The position numbers were made by a program, and so were the translations under genes. DNA of 63,656 nt, counting the filler, from Tortispora ganteri (lineage: Eukaryota), in assembly GCA_003707115.1 (NCBI GenBank). It is 14 parts of 14 records of this genome, joined end to end, with 100 filler letters (N's around TTAATTAATTAA, not from the genome) between each part and the next. Parts side by side here need not be neighbours in the genome. Positions count along the whole stretch, not along the records: positions 20,259 to 25,035 come from PPNB01000073.1; positions 25,136 to 29,846 come from PPNB01000074.1; positions 29,947 to 34,618 come from PPNB01000075.1; 11 more parts are not named here. One strand, given 5' to 3'. This document shows, piece after piece, positions 22,337 through 33,543 of the stretch; the first letter of the stretch is position 1, and every line of letters begins with the position of its first letter. The notes beneath the pieces were generated by a model. That model did not search any database. It saw nothing but the letters and a program-made list of their open reading frames with translations, and was not told the DNA's origin.

Positions 22337-23833
22337 ATGGAAACTGACGAACATTATGAAAAGCTGTTGCAAGATGTGCCAATAATCGATTTATCTCCTT
22401 CGTCTATTGTTAAATACTTTAAGAGTCGCATTCCTACTCTCTGCACTCTTCCTGAAAGCCATGCCCCGATTAATCCGTTCCCTTCCTTAAAACATATGAC
22501 GCGACGTAATTGGCTTTTTTTTGGTGTCGCTTTCTGTGGCTGGACCTGGGATGCTGTCGATTTCTTCGCCGTATCCATTACTGCATCAGATATCGCTAAA
22601 ACATTAGATCGCTCTCTTGCTGACATTACCTGGGGTATCACTTTGGTTCTCATGTTTAGATCTGTCGGCGCTATAATCTTTGGTCTTGCTAGTGATAAAT
22701 GGGGTAGAAAGTGGCCATTCATTATCAACTTATCGATTTTTATTGCACTTGAGATCGGTACCGGATTTGTGAAGACATATCAGGAGTTTTTGGCTGTCCG
22801 TGCTCTGTTTGGTGTGGCTATGGGTGGTCTATTTGGTAATGCTGCTGCAACTGCTCTTGAAGATGCTCCTGCACAGTGCAGAGGTATCCTCTCCGGTTTA
22901 TTTCAACAAGGCTACGCTTTTGGTTATCTTCTTGCTGTGGTTTTCAAAAGAGCCTTAGAAAACACCGCACAAGGATGGCGATCACTTTTCTGGTTTACCT
23001 CCGGTCCCCCCGTTCTGATTATTGCATGGCGTTTATGTCTTCCTGAAACCGATGCATTTCAGAACGAACTGCGAATAAGGAAGGAAGCACAAGAACAGGG
23101 AGTTGAGTCGATTTCAAAGACAGAGCTTTTCAGAAAACAGGCAAAATCTGCTCTTAAACATTACTGGCTTATTACTATATACCTTGTAATATTCATGTCA
23201 ATTATGAATTTTTCTGCACATGGTTCACAGGATCTCTACCCTTCAATGCTCAAAAACCAGTTAGGCTACAGTTCTGACCGCGTCACTGTCACTATGGTCA
23301 TTGCTAATATAGGCGCAATTTGTGGTGGTGTGACAATGGGTCACTTATCAGAATTCCTTGGCCGTAGATTGACTGTGTCAGTTTGTGCCATCATTGGCGG
23401 AGCATGTATCTATCCTGCATTCATGGTCAAGAACAGCAGCATCAACGCCGGCGTTTTCTTTCTACAGTTCATGGTACAAGGTGCTTGGGGTGTGTGTCCT
23501 GTATTCTTGTCTGAGATGTCGCCACCAGCATTCAGATCATTTGTTGCCGGTACTTCATACCAGCTTGGTAACTTGGCTTCAAGCGCCTCATCCACAATTG
23601 AAGCCAAAATCGGTTCTCGTTTCCCTCTCGGAGACAAACCTGGAGTTTACGACTACGGCAAGGTTATGGCTATTTTTATGGGATGCGTTTTTGGAGCTCT
23701 ACTTATTGTTACGGTCCTTGGCATGGAACGATTTCATGCCGATTTCCGTACTGAAGAGCATATTTCTAATGAGGCTGTATATGACAGGTTCGAGGAGAAG
23801 GCAGAAGACGCTAGTATAGACAGAAATAGGTAG
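22337..23833 (+). CDS. JEN1: Jen1/Jen2-family MFS carboxylate:H+ symporter (copy 1)
   Basis: ATG METDEHY...; motifs WTWDAVDFF, ITWGITLVLMFRSVGA, DKWGRKWP, RALFGVAMGG, NFSAHGSQDLYPS, YQLGNLASSAS. Jen1 versus Jen2 assignment is uncertain. Confidence 0.9.
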   Translation: METDEHYEKLLQDVPIIDLSPSSIVKYFKSRIPTLCTLPESHAPINPFPSLKHMTRRNWLFFGVAFCGWTWDAVDFFAVSITASDIAKTLDRSLADITWGITLVLMFRSVGAIIFGLASDKWGRKWPFIINLSIFIALEIGTGFVKTYQEFLAVRALFGVAMGGLFGNAAATALEDAPAQCRGILSGLFQQGYAFGYLLAVVFKRALENTAQGWRSLFWFTSGPPVLIIAWRLCLPETDAFQNELRIRKEAQEQGVESISKTELFRKQAKSALKHYWLITIYLVIFMSIMNFSAHGSQDLYPSMLKNQLGYSSDRVTVTMVIANIGAICGGVTMGHLSEFLGRRLTVSVCAIIGGACIYPAFMVKNSSINAGVFFLQFMVQGAWGVCPVFLSEMSPPAFRSFVAGTSYQLGNLASSASSTIEAKIGSRFPLGDKPGVYDYGKVMAIFMGCVFGALLIVTVLGMERFHADFRTEEHISNEAVYDRFEEKAEDASIDRNR

Positions 23834-24089
23834 GAGCTTTGGTAGAGTATTTAGTTTATTGTGTGGGTTTATCTCTTTAATATTGTAATTTCCTAAGTTG
23901 ATTATTGTGTCCATTGCAATATATTGATGTTAGCAGGAAAGGAACAGCACATTTCATACAGTGTCCGTTCCTATTCAAAACAGTAGAAAATATGTTGTTT
24001 ACTACATTTAAATATAGCAGAATATCCATCAGAATTCACTGCAACAATTTGTATAGATAGACCAGGAGATTGCTCATGAACCACATTGA

Positions 24090-24203
24090 TAACTTAGACT
24101 TAGCATACTCTGCACGTGCTTTATCACGAAGGAATCGTTGGAAAATTATGCCTGAATGCGACTTAGGAATCTCATCAATGATAACAACTCTTTTATCTAG
24201 CCA
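24090..24203 (-). pseudogene. 3'-terminal relic of a peroxisomal AMP-binding (4-coumarate-CoA-ligase-like) acyl-CoA synthetase; second copy at 28891..29016
   Basis: Translates WLDKRVVIIDEIPKSHSGIIFQRFLRDKARAEYAKSKL, cf. family C-terminus VDEIPKSPSGKILRR.LRD plus PTS1 SKL. Confidence 0.65.
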
Positions 24204-25135
24204 CGCGTTAAGTGAGAGAGAGAGGCAGCATGTTGTTGGTTGATTGGTTGGTTGGTTGGTTGGCGGGATTAGAAATGGTGCAGTGGAAACTGATAAAAAC
24301 TACTATAAGAATCTCGAACTGTCAATAATAACTTTCTATTATGGTATCGGTTGCTGTTAATACGGAATTAACTAGGGCGATAGGATCGCAGTCTCCGGCA
24401 GTACGCTAGACAGCGGGAGACTGAATAGTTATGCACTTATTCAGAGTATGACACTATCTATGGATTATGATCTGGTAGCCAGCAACAGTAACTGCAAAAC
24501 TGCGAGGATACTGAAATAGTAAAATGTACCCCGCAAAAGCATCAAAAATATTTAAAAGTCAGTATACTGCAGCTGTCTAATAGGGATACGTGGGATCCGG
24601 CACCACAATCCTATGTTTCCTATTCGGGTAAGAACTATAGAAACTTAAATCGAAGAGCCTTTTTTTTCCTGCGTAGTTCAATTGACTCGGTACGGCTTCT
24701 TTGGACCGCATTTATCTGTTTTAGAATTTGAAACGGCATTTGCACATACAATCTGCGGAGATATTAATCAGATTTTTGTAAGATTTTTGTGGGGTTTTGC
24801 TCCATTATAGTCTATAATTGTGATCGATGTTTTCTGGAACGCGTATCGAACTTTTCGCGTCAGACACTAAACTCCAAGATACTAGCGATATAGTTTAGCG
24901 GAAAATACAGAAAGCACAGAGACAAGTTTAGGTTAGTGTTTGTTAAGGTTTAAATAGGTCTACCGAAAAAAAAAGAAAAAAAACAATCCAAGGCTCTTTA
25001 TTCTGGAAGCTGTGGTATCTGCTACTTCACTTTCCNNNNNNNNNNNNNNNNNNNNNNNNNNNNNNNNNNNNNNNNNNNNTTAATTAATTAANNNNNNNNN
25101 NNNNNNNNNNNNNNNNNNNNNNNNNNNNNNNNNNN

Positions 25136-25715
25136 CGGAAACTGATGCCGATATAGAGTTTGACGAGACAGTGGCGGCCACGTCGTCTCGCTGGTAGTTC
25201 CTGTAGTCACCGTTCTGGATATCGCTGGACGACAAGTCTACTGCGCCCTCGTATATAGCGGCAAATGCTTGGCCTGCGCTGTAGGCAGGTGCGGTTGAGC
25301 ATGCATCTGCAGGCACAGTAGTGGGCACAGTCGTAGGGACAGTCGCGGTAGCTGTAGCCGGGTGAGTAGGCGGAGGAGCTATAGTCTCCGTGATAATGAC
25401 TGGAATCTCAATGGAGACGTGCACGTCAACCGACACGGACATAGACACGGACTCGTAGTATGACCAAACGTAGGTACAGTCGTCTTTGACGAGAGGCGGA
25501 CTAGGTACATAGGTCACCGTAGCGGGTGTGCACTGGTTGCAGTACCAGCCTGAAACCGTAGACACATAAGGCGCGCATTGGTCGTCGTAGACGGTCGCAT
25601 GTGTAGCAGCAGACTCAGAAGTATACAAACGTCCGTAGACAGTAGAAGTTTCAACAGGTGGGCTGCAAATGAGCGTGTTCGTTTCCACGATAGTACTGTA
25701 TATTGTCTGCACCAT
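25136..25715 (-). CDS. Adhesin-like family member, 5' fragment (version 2)
   Basis: Near-identical to 20259..20916 with fewer TVPT repeats. Confidence 0.78.
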
Positions 25716-27137
25716 GGCGAGCAACTGGGAGCAAAACGCTGTGCCTCACCCTTATTATAACTGCTAGCAAAAAGCATAATAAGCTTATTGGCTTTTCCAG
25801 CAGAATTGGTCACTAAATGTTTGGTCTGGTCTTCTTGACATTCTTCTAATTATCCTGAATATCTCATAGTGGTAAAAAGAAAGTTGGCCTTATTTGGTTG
25901 CTGGGCATTTAGAGTTATTAGAGTTCACGCTAAACGACTTTTTAGCCTCAAACTTGTGCGCTCATTGTACTGCAGAAAGTAACTGGCAAGAACTAAAGCT
26001 GTGCATGTACTGTTTAGTGTATTACAGCCTTAACAGTTTTCTGGTAAATTTTAAAGAAACAAAGCTACTGTAACTCATTATATTGTGAAAATTATTGACT
26101 AGCCATTAATGTTTAGTGACTATTGGGAAGTATTGAAGAGTTTCTTTATAAGTTAGATAAAGTTTCAAATTGAGCTTAGATCAATATATAAGTATAATTT
26201 TATGCATGTTCAAGATTATATGATTGAATGAAACCCTGAAAACGTTCGCTTGAGGTTGCAGTAATTAAATAATTTTCAAATACCGCCTACTAAGTTTCTA
26301 TTTGAGCGATTAAATTTATCGAATTGAGTCGTTAATAGTCTAAAAAGCGCTCTGATCTACTATACGTATCTAAATAGCACCTCATCGCAATTATCGCATG
26401 ATTATTTATTAATGAGATTAATCGTTGAAGGGTCTCTTTTTCGTAATTCTATATATTTACGCATACTGACTTCTTCTCACTCTTATTTCTATAGATGTTT
26501 TATATTCTTGGTCTTTTTGGAGACCAACTCTATAGCTCGCAATCTAATCGCGGTAAACTAGCTTCACTGATACCCGGGTGTTCTGAGATTCTAGACAATT
26601 AGCACTGCCTGTATTTCTTGGCTAATTACTAAACTTAGCTCAAAAAGCTATCAAGAAAAAGAGTATGAAAAAAGAAGTGTTACATATGCATGTTTTTGCT
26701 TGTTCTTCATGTAAATGCAATCGCGCCGATTTGATATATTCTGCTTCTGACACACTATTGCACCCTTTATCAATCTTTAACATATTATCCTGCATGGACC
26801 TGTCTGTTATACAGTTAATCACCTTATGACAAGATTATGAAGAGTTAATGAAACTATCAGCATATTTTTTTTAGTGCGATACGCCATTATCAAAGTTCAT
26901 CAAACCTCGTTTGCTCGCTAGAACCTTGCCGCAAACCAAATTTAAAAAAAACCTTATCTCACAGATTGCCAACCGGAAATCGTTTGTGGTCCGTGTTAAT
27001 CACTGCTGATTTCTTATCACATCAGCTTCCTGTGATTATGAGTTATGCTTTCACTATGATCTTTGTCTATAGGGACTTAAATATAAGTGTGCATAATGCT
27101 AGGGCGCTATGTTCGCTCATATCAAATATATTGGAAC

Positions 27138-28634
27138 ATGGAAACTGACGAACATTATGAAAAGCTGTTGCAAGATGTGCCAATAATAGATTTATCTCCT
27201 TCGTCTATTGGTAAATACTTTAAGACTCGCATTCCTACTCTCTGCACTCTTCCTGAAAGCCATGCCCCGATTAATCCGTTCTCTTCCTTAAAACATATGA
27301 CGCGACGTAATTGGCTTTTTTTTGGTGTCGCTTTCTGTGGCTGGACCTGGGACGCTGTCGATTTCTTCGCCGTATCCATTACTGCATCAGATATCGCTAA
27401 AACATTAGATCGCTCTCTTGCTGACATTACCTGGGGTATCACTTTGGTTCTCATGTTTAGATCTGTCGGCGCTACAATCTTTGGTCTTGCTAGTGATAAA
27501 TGGGGTAGAAAGTGGCCATTCATTATCAACTTATCGATTTTTATTGCACTTGAGATCGGTACCGGATTTGTGACGACATATCAGGAGTTTTTGGCTGTCC
27601 GTGCTCTGTTTGGTGTGGCTATGGGTGGTCTATTTGGTAATGCTGCTGCAACTGCTCTTGAAGATGCTCCTGCAGAGTGCAGAGGTATCCTCTCCGGTTT
27701 ATTTCAACAAGGCTACGCTTTTGGTTATCTTCTTGCTGTGGTTTTCAAAAGAGCCTTAGAAAACACCGCACAAGGATGGCGATCACTTTTCTGGTTTACC
27801 TCCGGTCCCCCCGTTCTGATTATTGCATGGCGTTCATGTCTTCCTGAAACCGATGCATTTCAGAACGAACTGCGAGTAAGGAAGGAAGCACAAGAACAGG
27901 GAGTTGAGTCGATTTCAAAGACAGAGCTTTTCAGAAAACAGGCAAAATCTGCCCTTAAACATTACTGGCTTATTACTATATACCTTGTAATATTCATGTC
28001 AATTATGAATTTTTCTGCACATGGTTCACAGGATCTCTACCCTTCAATGCTCAAAAACCAGTTAGGCTACAGTTCTGACCGCGTCACTGTCACTATGGTC
28101 ATTGCTAATATAGGCGCAATTTGTGGTGGTGTGACAATGGGTCACTTATCAGAATTCCTTGGCCGTAGATTGACTGTGTCAGTTTGTGCCATCATTGGCG
28201 GAGCATGTATCTATCCTGCATTCATGGTCAAGAACAGCAGCATCAACGCCGGCGTTTTCTTTCTGCAGTTCATGGTACAAGGTGCTTGGGGTGTGTGTCC
28301 TGTATTCTTGTCTGAGATGTCGCCACCAGCATTCAGATCATTTGTTGCCGGTACTTCATACCAACTTGGTAACTTGGCTTCAAGCGCCTCATCCACAATT
28401 GAAGCCAAAATCGGTTCTCGTTTCCCTCTCGGAGACAAACCTGGAGTTTACGACTACGGCAAGGTTATGGCTATTTTTATGGGATGCGTTTTTGGAGCTC
28501 TACTTATTGTTACGGTCCTTGGCATGGAACGATTTCATGCCGATTTCCGTACTGAAGAGCATATTTCTAATGAGGCTGTATATGACAGGTTCGAGGAGAA
28601 GGCAGAAGACGCTAGTATAGACAGAAATAGGTAG
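27138..28634 (+). CDS. JEN1: Jen1/Jen2-family MFS carboxylate transporter (copy/allele 2)
   Basis: 8 amino-acid differences from copy 1; flanks near-identical; contig ends at the same base context. Confidence 0.9.
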   Translation: METDEHYEKLLQDVPIIDLSPSSIGKYFKTRIPTLCTLPESHAPINPFSSLKHMTRRNWLFFGVAFCGWTWDAVDFFAVSITASDIAKTLDRSLADITWGITLVLMFRSVGATIFGLASDKWGRKWPFIINLSIFIALEIGTGFVTTYQEFLAVRALFGVAMGGLFGNAAATALEDAPAECRGILSGLFQQGYAFGYLLAVVFKRALENTAQGWRSLFWFTSGPPVLIIAWRSCLPETDAFQNELRVRKEAQEQGVESISKTELFRKQAKSALKHYWLITIYLVIFMSIMNFSAHGSQDLYPSMLKNQLGYSSDRVTVTMVIANIGAICGGVTMGHLSEFLGRRLTVSVCAIIGGACIYPAFMVKNSSINAGVFFLQFMVQGAWGVCPVFLSEMSPPAFRSFVAGTSYQLGNLASSASSTIEAKIGSRFPLGDKPGVYDYGKVMAIFMGCVFGALLIVTVLGMERFHADFRTEEHISNEAVYDRFEEKAEDASIDRNR

Positions 28635-29946
28635 GAGCTTTGGTAGAGTATTTAGTTTATTGTGTGGGTTTATCTCTTTAATATTGTAATTTCCTAAGTT
28701 GATTATTGTGTCCATTGCATTATATTGATGTTAGCAGGAAAGGAACAGCACATTTCATACAGTGTCCGTTCCTATTCAAAACAGTAGAAAATATGTTGTT
28801 TACTACATTTAAATATAGCAGAATATCCATCAGAATTCACTGCAACAATTGGTATAGATAGACCAGGAGATTGCTCATGAACCACATTGATAACTAAGAC
28901 TTAGCATGTTGCTTGGCATACTCTGCACGTGCTTTATCACGAAGGAATCGTTGGAAAATTATGCCTGAATGCGACTTAGGAATCTCATCAATGATAACAA
29001 CTCTTTTATCTAGCCACGCGTTAAGTGAGAGAGAGAGGCAGCATGTTGTTGGTTAATTGGTTGGTTGGCGGGATTAGAAATGGTGCAGTGGAAACTGATA
29101 AAAACTACTATAAGAATCTCGAACTGTCAATAATAACTTTCTATTATGGTATCGGTTGCTGTTAATACGGAATTAACTAGGGCGATAGGATCGCAGTCTC
29201 CGGCAGTACGCTAGACAGCGGGAGACTGAATAGTTATGCACTTATTCAGAATATGACACTATCTATGGATTATGATCTGGTAGCCAGCAACAGTAACTGC
29301 AAAACTGCGAGGATACTGAAATAGTAAAATGTACCCCGCAAAAGCATCAAAAATATTTAAAAGTCAGTATACTGCAGCTGTCTAATAGGGATACGTGGGA
29401 TCCGGCACCACAATCCTATGTTTCCTATTCGGGTAAGAACTATAGAAACTTAAATCGAAGAGCCTTTTTTTTCCTGCGTAGTTCAATTGACTCGGTACGG
29501 CTTCTTTGGACCGCATTTATCTGTTTTAGAACTTGAAACGGCATTTGCATTTGCACATACAATCTGCGGAGATATTAATCAGATTTATGTAAGATTTTTG
29601 TGGGGTTTTGCTCCATTATAGTCTATAATTGTGATCGATGTTTTCTAGAACGCGTATCGAACTTTTCGCGTCAGACACTAAACTCCAAGATACTAGCGAT
29701 ATAGTTTAGCGGAAAATACAGAAAGCACAGAGACAAGTTTAGGTTAGTGTTTGTTAAGGTTTAAATAGGTCTACCGAAAAAAAAAGAAAAAAAACAATCC
29801 AAGGCTCTTTATTCTGGAAGCTGTGGTATCTGCTACTTCACTTTCCNNNNNNNNNNNNNNNNNNNNNNNNNNNNNNNNNNNNNNNNNNNNTTAATTAATT
29901 AANNNNNNNNNNNNNNNNNNNNNNNNNNNNNNNNNNNNNNNNNNNN

Positions 29947-30176
29947 GGCGCGCATTGGTCGTCGTAGACAGTCGCACGTGTAGTACCAGACTCAGAAGTA
30001 TACAAACGTCCGTAGACAGTAGAAGTTTCAACAGGTGGGCTGCAAATGAGCGTGTTCGTTTCCACGATAGTACTGTATATTGTCTGTACCATAGAGAGCG
30101 ATTGATGGCAAGAAGCCGCGCTTGCGCTTATTATAGCTGCTAGCAGAAACCATAATAAACTTGTTGCCGTCTTCAA
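29947..30176 (-). CDS. 5' end of family member A1; ATG at 30092, preceded in frame by a TTG-led 28-aa signal-peptide-like leader
   Basis: 29947..30069 is identical to 4928..5050 (123 nt); leader LKTATSLLWFLLAAIISASAASCHQSLS. Confidence 0.7.
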
Positions 30177-32235
30177 TGAAAACTTATCATTGTCTTATTC
30201 GGCATAGCCTTATTGACATTCTTCTAGTCGCCGAATCCTGTCACAATGCCTAAGTTTAAAGTTGACCTTGATTGGTTGCTGCGTGTTTAGAGTTATTAGC
30301 ATTGAGGCTAAAACACTTCAGCCTCAAACTCGTGCGCTCGATATGCCGCAGAATGTAACTGGAAACAATGTGCATGTACCATCCAGCAACTTGCAGCGTT
30401 GTCGACACTGGTTCTATTCTGAAAAAGCAAATCTATTGTAGATTGTTATGCCGTGGAAGGCATTGATCAGTCAATGATGTGCACTGGCCGTTGGCAAGTA
30501 AGGAGGAGTTTTTCCATAACTTAAATAAAGATCAAACTAAGCTCTGCTCAATAAGTATGCAGGTTTTATGCACGTTCAAGAATTAGATCATTCATTTAAC
30601 CTTCAGTTAATGAAATCCTCAATCTTTTTATAGTGCGATATGCCAATATCAAGGTTCACCAACTTCGTTGCGCTCTAGAATCTACCGAAAGCAAAATTTA
30701 AGAACCTTATTATCTGCTTGGCCGACTGTGATCATATTCGACATGTACCGCTCAATGACTATTTTATAATACACCCTGCATTCCGTTCACTCGTTCAGCA
30801 ATAAAGTATACAACCTGCCAGGCTCTGCTTCAATGATTTACTGGTCCGCGAGCAATGCTGCCATGCTGCAATTTGCAGTTTGCAGTTTGCAGTTTGCAGT
30901 TTGCAATACAGCTGCGGTTATCGCACTAGTCTCCTCTCGCTCATCTAACTAAATCTTAAGTTCACCTAGCATTTGTTCAGTAGGCTTTCCAGATACCGCA
31001 CTTTTAAGTATCGATTTTTTTTAGCAATTCCAAACACAACCATCGCCTGTTTAGTTACATTCAGTCTAATATGCATCAATGAATATGTCTATGATTAAAT
31101 AAATACATATATACATATGTACGTTTAAACACTCGAGGAGATAGCATACCCTGCAAATGAAACCTTTCCGTTGAGTGCAGTGAAATCTAAGAACATATTT
31201 TACGTGGCCAACTGGTTGCCTTGGTCAATAACAGCAATAGTGCAAAAATTTGCACCAGTGCGCAGAGCTAAACGACTCAAACATGATATTAACTAACGTC
31301 GTACTCGCACTGTTCACATGCAATACGACGTTGCACGAGCTTGGACCACCATTGCCAATTGCCAACTCATCAAGGCATTCAGCAGCAACAGACCCATCGC
31401 TACATACATAGTAGCATTCTCAACAACTTCATAATATTTCTCAGTGTCAATAATGCATACATCGCATAATTGCTTGACCTAAAATAGCAAACAACTTCGG
31501 ACAGTCCAGTGCTCTCCCCTTGTAATACCCAGCTCACCGAACAGTCAGTGTTGCTAAGATCATTCAAGTAAATGTCTGCTTGCTTAACTTATGCATAACA
31601 TAAGCTATTCTGCTCTAGATGTAGTAGTTCTTCGGTATATCCATCACGGCAAATACTCCAGATAATTTGGCACTAGAGTGGATAGCAACACAGCTAGATG
31701 TCTTGATAGGTGCCAGAGTAGATCAGGAAATCTGTCAGAACCTTATCTTCTCTGGTCCAATCTTATGTGATTTCATCTAATCTCCGCTGTTGCCGAGAAT
31801 ATCGTCCACCTCTACCTCTATCCCTTTTAAATTCACTTTATCCCATCTATACTCCATCTATCTCCTCAACCGCCTAATATAGACACTCCTCTGGACCTCA
31901 TATATATTACTCTCTCTTTTTCATCACAGCTGAGGGGGGAATCTCTTCAGTCCACTGTTGTCACTCCTCTTTTTCTCTTTCTTTGGTTCTCTCTTTCTTA
32001 TCTCTTTTTACTCCCTCTTAAATACACTCGTAATAATCTCGCTCTTCTTTTAATTTCCAAGTATGAGACACTTATCAACAACAACAACAGCAGTATTGTT
32101 CTGTGATTCTCTCTGCCTATCCTCAGACTTCCAAAAATCTTTCCCAATCGCCCCAATTCCCACAAACACTACCTATCAAACCATCTCTGTCCCCATACTC
32201 GGCTCAAACCATCAATTTATAACTACAGAAGTAAA

Positions 32236-33543
32236 CTAGATGGGGTCGAAGAAATCAATATAAATACTGGTAGCCTCCTTACTGTGGATCACCAATCGCA
32301 ACGTTGTCCATTCATAACTCAATCTCCTACCTATATCGTAGACTGCACAGCAGCCAGCGTACGAATATCCTCATATTCCGCTTTCACTTGCCTACATGTT
32401 CCTGACATCATCCCCCTTTTCCCCGATACACATATCCTGATCCTATGTACACACCTGTCGCTGAAGAGACAGATATATAATGCTCTGTCCGGAAATATAC
32501 TTTAGCACCTTGATCGCTGCATCTGTGTCAAGTTGAATTTTATGGATTTATAACGAACATTCCCGGGAAGTTCTACGGAGCTCCCTACGGAGTACTCCCA
32601 TCGGCTACCTGCGTATCACTGTACTGAGTAAGACTTACCCGCCAAATTTGCGCAAGCAACGTCTGCGACGGTTTGTATTGGCAGGCGTACTCTACCACCC
32701 TGCTACTGGCGCTGCTCGAGAGTGTAAAATTCGACTGAACCAAGCTGAACGCTGAAAGCAAGACTCGAACTGGAACTAGCACTAGCACTGGCACTGGCAC
32801 TGGCGCTCGAACATGAACTGTACCTGACACACTCGAACTCCTATCTTCGGCAGCCAATAGTCCCAGCAAGTCAGACCACTACGTCACCATCTCGCTTGCG
32901 GTTGATCAGCCCAAAAACACGCACAGACGTCCACCCAGACACCGCAGTAAACTGCCGGCCCGTCCCGATCACACGACTTCCTCGAGGAATACATCTACAA
33001 ATCCACCCCTGATTTCCGTGATCGCGCCGTCCCCATGTAGACATCACGTCGATCAGTCCCACCCCCCTCTACAGCAATCCCATCGGCTGTCACTTTTGCA
33101 CCAAGAGCCATTTTTGGGCCAGCCATTTACCCACTCGCCGCAATTGCCTCAAAATTACCGTTAAACGCGTCGTAGCCCATCACATACAGGCTTTCGCTGT
33201 ACTGCGGTCGGAAAGCGCACACAGACAGGGTGCTGCCCGTCGACGCTGATACTACTGACTCTCCTGGCACCTCGACCCACAAACTGCCGCTAACAATGAA
33301 TGACGCGCTGACTTCCTCGTAATAGCCCATGGGTGGTGGTTTTCGACCGCCACGCGGGGCGTAGCTTATCGTCGCTGCCAGGCACTGCTGCCTGTACCTG
33401 CCGATGACCGTTGCAACGGCCGCGCATCACGTGCTGTCATAGACAGTTGCCTTGCCCCACTAACTCGCAAATCCCCCGATGACTGTCGTCATTTCCACCA
33501 GCTGATCGCAAAGAAACGTGTTAAATCCTGTCACTACGTGCAT
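32236..33543 (-). pseudogene. Full-length pseudogene of adhesin-like subfamily B
   Basis: MHVVTGFNTFLCDQLVEMTTVIGGFAS*WGKATVYDST*CAAV..., YYEEVSASF, SGWTSVRV..NRKRDGDVVV*, ACQYKPSQTLLA, ends FFDPI*; multiple stops and frameshifts. Confidence 0.8.

Noticed and set aside
30870..30906. (TTTGCAG)n 7-mer in spacers as telomeric repeat or splice acceptors
   Set aside because: Only 2-5 internal copies with variable number; ordinary slippage
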